The notes under the pieces were generated by a model, which worked only from the letters and a program-made list of their open reading frames with translations, made no database searches and was not told where the DNA came from. From the NCBI GenBank assembly GCA_963662795.1, contig OY759746.1, forward strand, positions 448,001-512,000: a stretch of 64,000 bases of DNA, given 5' to 3'. The translations under genes were made by a program, and so were the position numbers. Shown here piece by piece: positions 60,463 through 64,000 of this stretch (its first letter is position 1; the number at the start of each line of letters is the position of its first letter). This DNA is from Spirochaetia bacterium. GTDB taxonomy: Bacteria > Spirochaetota > Spirochaetia > CADAEX01.

Positions 60463-62001
60463 TCAGGAAAAAATATTTTTGTTTATGTTATTATTATAAA
60501 ATTCAATAAACTTCTCCGAAGGCAGCGGCTTGCTGAAAAAATACCCCTGGAAATTTCTGCATCCTTCTTTATAAAGAAAATTAAACTGATTTAAATCCTC
60601 AACACCTTCAACAATAACATCAAATCCAAGTTCGCCTGACATTGCAACAATTGCCTTTACTATAGCCTGGTCACAGCTGCTGTGAAAAACATTGTCTATA
60701 AAGGATTTATCTATTTTGAGGATATCAATATTGAACTGCCGCAGATAATTGAATGAGCTGTAGCCTGTGCCGAAGTCGTCTATGCAGATTTTGATTCCCT
60801 TTTCTTTAAGCTGCATCATTTTATAAAGCGCTTCACGGGGATCTTCCATCAGGCTTGTCTCTGTTATTTCAAGTCTGACCAGATTTGGATCAACACTTCG
60901 TGTATTAATTATTCTTGATATGGAATCGACAAGATTCCCCTCGTGGAACTGCAGCGATGAAACATTTATCGACACAGGAATGGCAATGCCGTGTTTCTCC
61001 TTCCAGCAGGAAATCATATCCGCGACTTTATACATTATCCAGTTCCCAAGAAGTATTATTATGCCGGTTTCTTCAGAAAGCGGAATAAATTTATTGGGGC
61101 TTATCATCCCTTTTTCAGGATGGTTCCACCGGATGAGGGCTTCAGCGCTTATACCTGTAATCCTGAGCCTGCCGTCAGGACCTTCTTCAGTTTTTATTAC
61201 AGGCTGAAAATACATAATGAACTGTTCATCCATGCCGTTCATTGTGTTCATTTCAAGAGCTTTGATCATAAAATTCTGGAGTTCAAGTTTTTCCATTGCA
61301 ATCTGCCTGAACTCATTTTTATAAACCAGGTATTCAGCTCTTCTCTCTTTTGCGTTTTCAAGCGCTATATCAGCAGAGGTCAGGAGCTGTTCTTTTGTAA
61401 TTCCATGGTCAGGGAATATTGCTATGCCTGTGGTTGATCCTATTGATATGTGATATCCGGATATGTTTTCTGTTTTTTTTACTGCATTTGTTATTTCACA
61501 GGAGTATTTTATAATTCTTTCTATATTTTTTATTTTTTTAAGTACAATTATAAACTCATTTTCCCTTGTATGAAAAATTGAATCAGACCCTGCAATTTTT
61601 TTAAGCTTTACACCGATTTTATAAAGTACCCATTCAACCAGACTTGGTTTCAGTGTTTTTGTAAGCACACTGTAGGTCTTATCCAGCTGTATAATCAAAA
61701 CAGCGACATATTCCCCGCTGCTCTGGTAAGACGCAATATCAAGTAAAGCAGGCAGACTTTCCGTAAGTTTTATACGGTTTGGAAGGCCTGTTTTTGAATC
61801 TATGGTCAATTTTTTTATTAACCCGTTGTTTATCTTTTCCTGTTCCGCTGAAAATCTGCTTTTACGCTCTTTTTCTTCTGTAGCGATGGAGAGATTTTTT
61901 TCGAGTTCACTTATTTTTTTTTTATAACCGGTAATTATTTTTTTGCAATTATCCGGAATCTTTCCGTCTGCGTAAACAGCGGTTATATCAAGTAGCCCCA
62001 C
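60463..62001 (-). CDS. GGDEF(degenerate)-EAL c-di-GMP phosphodiesterase
   Basis: TGLPNR, RENEF replacing GGDEF; EALIRW, EITE, DDFGTGYSS, KID, EGVE, QGY. Confidence 0.9.
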   Translation of the reverse strand: MGLLDITAVYADGKIPDNCKKIITGYKKKISELEKNLSIATEEKERKSRFSAEQEKINNGLIKKLTIDSKTGLPNRIKLTESLPALLDIASYQSSGEYVAVLIIQLDKTYSVLTKTLKPSLVEWVLYKIGVKLKKIAGSDSIFHTRENEFIIVLKKIKNIERIIKYSCEITNAVKKTENISGYHISIGSTTGIAIFPDHGITKEQLLTSADIALENAKERRAEYLVYKNEFRQIAMEKLELQNFMIKALEMNTMNGMDEQFIMYFQPVIKTEEGPDGRLRITGISAEALIRWNHPEKGMISPNKFIPLSEETGIIILLGNWIMYKVADMISCWKEKHGIAIPVSINVSSLQFHEGNLVDSISRIINTRSVDPNLVRLEITETSLMEDPREALYKMMQLKEKGIKICIDDFGTGYSSFNYLRQFNIDILKIDKSFIDNVFHSSCDQAIVKAIVAMSGELGFDVIVEGVEDLNQFNFLYKEGCRNFQGYFFSKPLPSEKFIEFYNNNINKNIFS

Positions 62002-62158
62002 TTGTTCCCCTGAGTAAATTGTTACTAACTTATCGGTTTATCCGGATGAAAAGTCAAACCGTTATTCATCTTAACACTAAAATATCGTTCCGCATGAAAG
62101 AAGATGATGACAATTTGACTTAATCGGTACTAATGGATAAAATCAGACAGAGGTTAAC

Positions 62159-62956
62159 ATGAGGATTGATGTACATACCCATGCTTTTCACGCCAAGATT
62201 GCGGGAAAAGCGATTGAACAGCTGGTAAAACACTATAAAAATGATATTTCAGGCCTTGGCACGTGGGATGATCTTATTAAGGTGATGGATGAGGCTTCGA
62301 TTGACAGGGCCTTTGTCCATTGCGCCGCGACAGTGCCTGAACAGGTAGTCCCTGCGAACACATGGGCTATCGAACTTGCAGGGAACCCCCGCTTTCTGCC
62401 GTTCGGAACTGTCCATCCGGGTTATCCGCACTGGGAAGCGGAGCTTGACCGCCTTGAAAGAAAAGGACTGACCGGAATAAAATTCCATCCTGATTTTCAG
62501 GGATTTGACCTTGATGATGAAAAACTGTTTCCCATATACGAGGCGATAGAAAAACGGTTTATCGTGATGTTTCATGTAGGTGATGTGTTTCCTCCTGATA
62601 TAAACCCTTCATCACCGCAGAAACTCGCCAATGTCTTAAGAAATTTCCCCTCCCTTACAGCTATTGCCGCGCACTTCGGGGGATACTGTCATTGGGAGTG
62701 GGTAAAGGAATCACTTTCAGGACTGAAATTCTTTATGGACACATCAAGCACCCTTAAATTTATCCCGGATCATCTGCTTAAGGAAATACTATCCTCTTTT
62801 CCCGAAGAATGCTTTCTTTTCGGAAGCGACTATCCTGTTGGAAACCCGCTCGAGGAGATCCGGCTGCTTGAGAAGAAGGCGGGCTTTTCAGAAACACAGA
62901 TAGATGCGCTGCTTTCCCGCGGAGAAATGCTTATAAAAGGGGTAAAAACCGACTGA
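62159..62956 (+). CDS. Amidohydrolase_2 family protein
   Basis: IDVHTH, GIKFHP, AAHFGG, DTSS, FGSDYP. Confidence 0.9.
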   Translation: MRIDVHTHAFHAKIAGKAIEQLVKHYKNDISGLGTWDDLIKVMDEASIDRAFVHCAATVPEQVVPANTWAIELAGNPRFLPFGTVHPGYPHWEAELDRLERKGLTGIKFHPDFQGFDLDDEKLFPIYEAIEKRFIVMFHVGDVFPPDINPSSPQKLANVLRNFPSLTAIAAHFGGYCHWEWVKESLSGLKFFMDTSSTLKFIPDHLLKEILSSFPEECFLFGSDYPVGNPLEEIRLLEKKAGFSETQIDALLSRGEMLIKGVKTD

Positions 62957-63028
62957 ACGCCCATTAATTGGTATTGCCCTGCCGAATGAACTATAATTAA
63001 TGTAAAGACAATTGAAGGAGGGAATAAT

Positions 63029-63121
63029 ATGAGCGGACTGGAACTGCTTCTGCTTGGACTCCTGATACTTATTACAGCTGCCTATGTTACTTATTCATCA
63101 TACAGGGAACTGCACAGATAA
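63029..63121 (+). CDS. Small single-TM protein (30 aa)
   Basis: AAGGAGGG RBS, ATG 63029, MSGLELLLLGLLILITAAYVTYSSYRELHR; TATAAT at 62992-62997. Confidence 0.55.
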   Translation: MSGLELLLLGLLILITAAYVTYSSYRELHR

Positions 63122-63191
63122 CGACTATTTTTAGAATTACTATACTTTAACCCGGTAAAAGCTTATAAAAAAGGTATAACAGGAACATGTC

Positions 63192-63938
63192 TCAGGTTAA
63201 GTCAGAATACATTTTTTCAGCACATTCGGGGCAGATTCCGTGGGTACAGTCCGTGTCGAAATGATCCTTTACATAAATATCAACCTGCTTCCAGTAACCG
63301 TCATCATCCCTTATTTTTTTACAACTGCTGCAGACGGGAATCAGTCCACTTAAGGTCCTTACCTCTTCAAATGCCTTCTGGAGTTTATGTTTTTCCGCCA
63401 TCAGCTGTTTATGATTTTCCGAAACCATGCGCATGTATTTTTCACGTGAAGTCTCAAGACCATGTGATATAAACGATACAAATAAAAGCGATGCGAGAAA
63501 CCTGATGCTTTCTGCCAAAGGGTAGTAATGTATTTTAAGCGACAGAGGATTTATAATGACAAAACTGGAAACAGCCATAAAGATTCCGGAGGCAATTCCT
63601 CCATGTTTTATTCCTAGAAAAAAGAGGACTATCAGAGGATAAATATAAAGCCAGTAAAATATTGTTCCGTTTCCAGAGCCTATAATCAAGTTATATTGTA
63701 AATAAACAGCAAGCAGTACTGCAGCTGCCCGGTAGCAGTACACATCCGCCTCTAAGAATTTTATCCCCGTGAAAATGACAGTAAGCACCAGCAGGGCAAG
63801 TATATCCAGAAAAAATTCAACTGAATCGCCTTCGATAAAATCAACGAATGAAAAAACTGTGATTAAAATAAATGAGAACACTATGCATATTAATGCGAAA
63901 TACCGTTTTCGGGCTTTATCGATATCATGTATATCCAA
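63192..63938 (-). CDS. Multi-TM sensor-like protein with C-terminal CxxCKKIR...HGICPEC domain
   Basis: 5-6 TM segments, coiled coil, LSGLIPVCSSCKKIRD..THGICPEC. Confidence 0.82.
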   Translation of the reverse strand: MDIHDIDKARKRYFALICIVFSFILITVFSFVDFIEGDSVEFFLDILALLVLTVIFTGIKFLEADVYCYRAAAVLLAVYLQYNLIIGSGNGTIFYWLYIYPLIVLFFLGIKHGGIASGIFMAVSSFVIINPLSLKIHYYPLAESIRFLASLLFVSFISHGLETSREKYMRMVSENHKQLMAEKHKLQKAFEEVRTLSGLIPVCSSCKKIRDDDGYWKQVDIYVKDHFDTDCTHGICPECAEKMYSDLT

Positions 63939-64000
63939 ATGGTTCTGCCTTTTTATGAATCTGAATGGAAATTTGTGTGTATTATACTATACAAATAGGC

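Overview
Bacterial chromosomal window, probably from a spirochaete (inferred from gene content and repeat style; core genes are visibly more GC-rich than the islands). Six blocks: (1) 1-10375, a decayed island at the 3' end of tRNA-Leu(UAA) with a broken integrase, small cassette-like genes, attC-like hairpins, several short repeated modules and IS insertions, including an intact IS110/IS1111 element sitting in an attC-like site; (2) 10376-17950, core metabolic genes including a GntR / HisC-like aminotransferase / divergent transaldolase cluster; (3) 18001-29930, a deeply nested IS stack (IS256 > IS66 > IS66 > IS5 > IS4, plus two IS3-type elements); (4) 29933-44606, an AT-rich 13-gene sigma54 operon: FGGY kinase, sugar ABC transporter, SDR, LerI/TPI-like isomerase, SAF-domain oxidoreductase, TPP E1 alpha/beta, split E2, an NtrC-type activator and a histidine kinase fused to a degenerate sugar-ABC ATPase domain; (5) 44607-49918, a second nested IS stack; (6) 49916-64000, core genes (panE-like, feoAB, ate/bpt, uracil permease with an attenuator-like leader, YjjG-like, EAL protein). 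The best candidate for an undescribed system is the pseudo-ABC-ATPase/PAS/histidine kinase and the catabolic pathway it appears to control. All family calls come from motif recognition by eye; no database searches were run.
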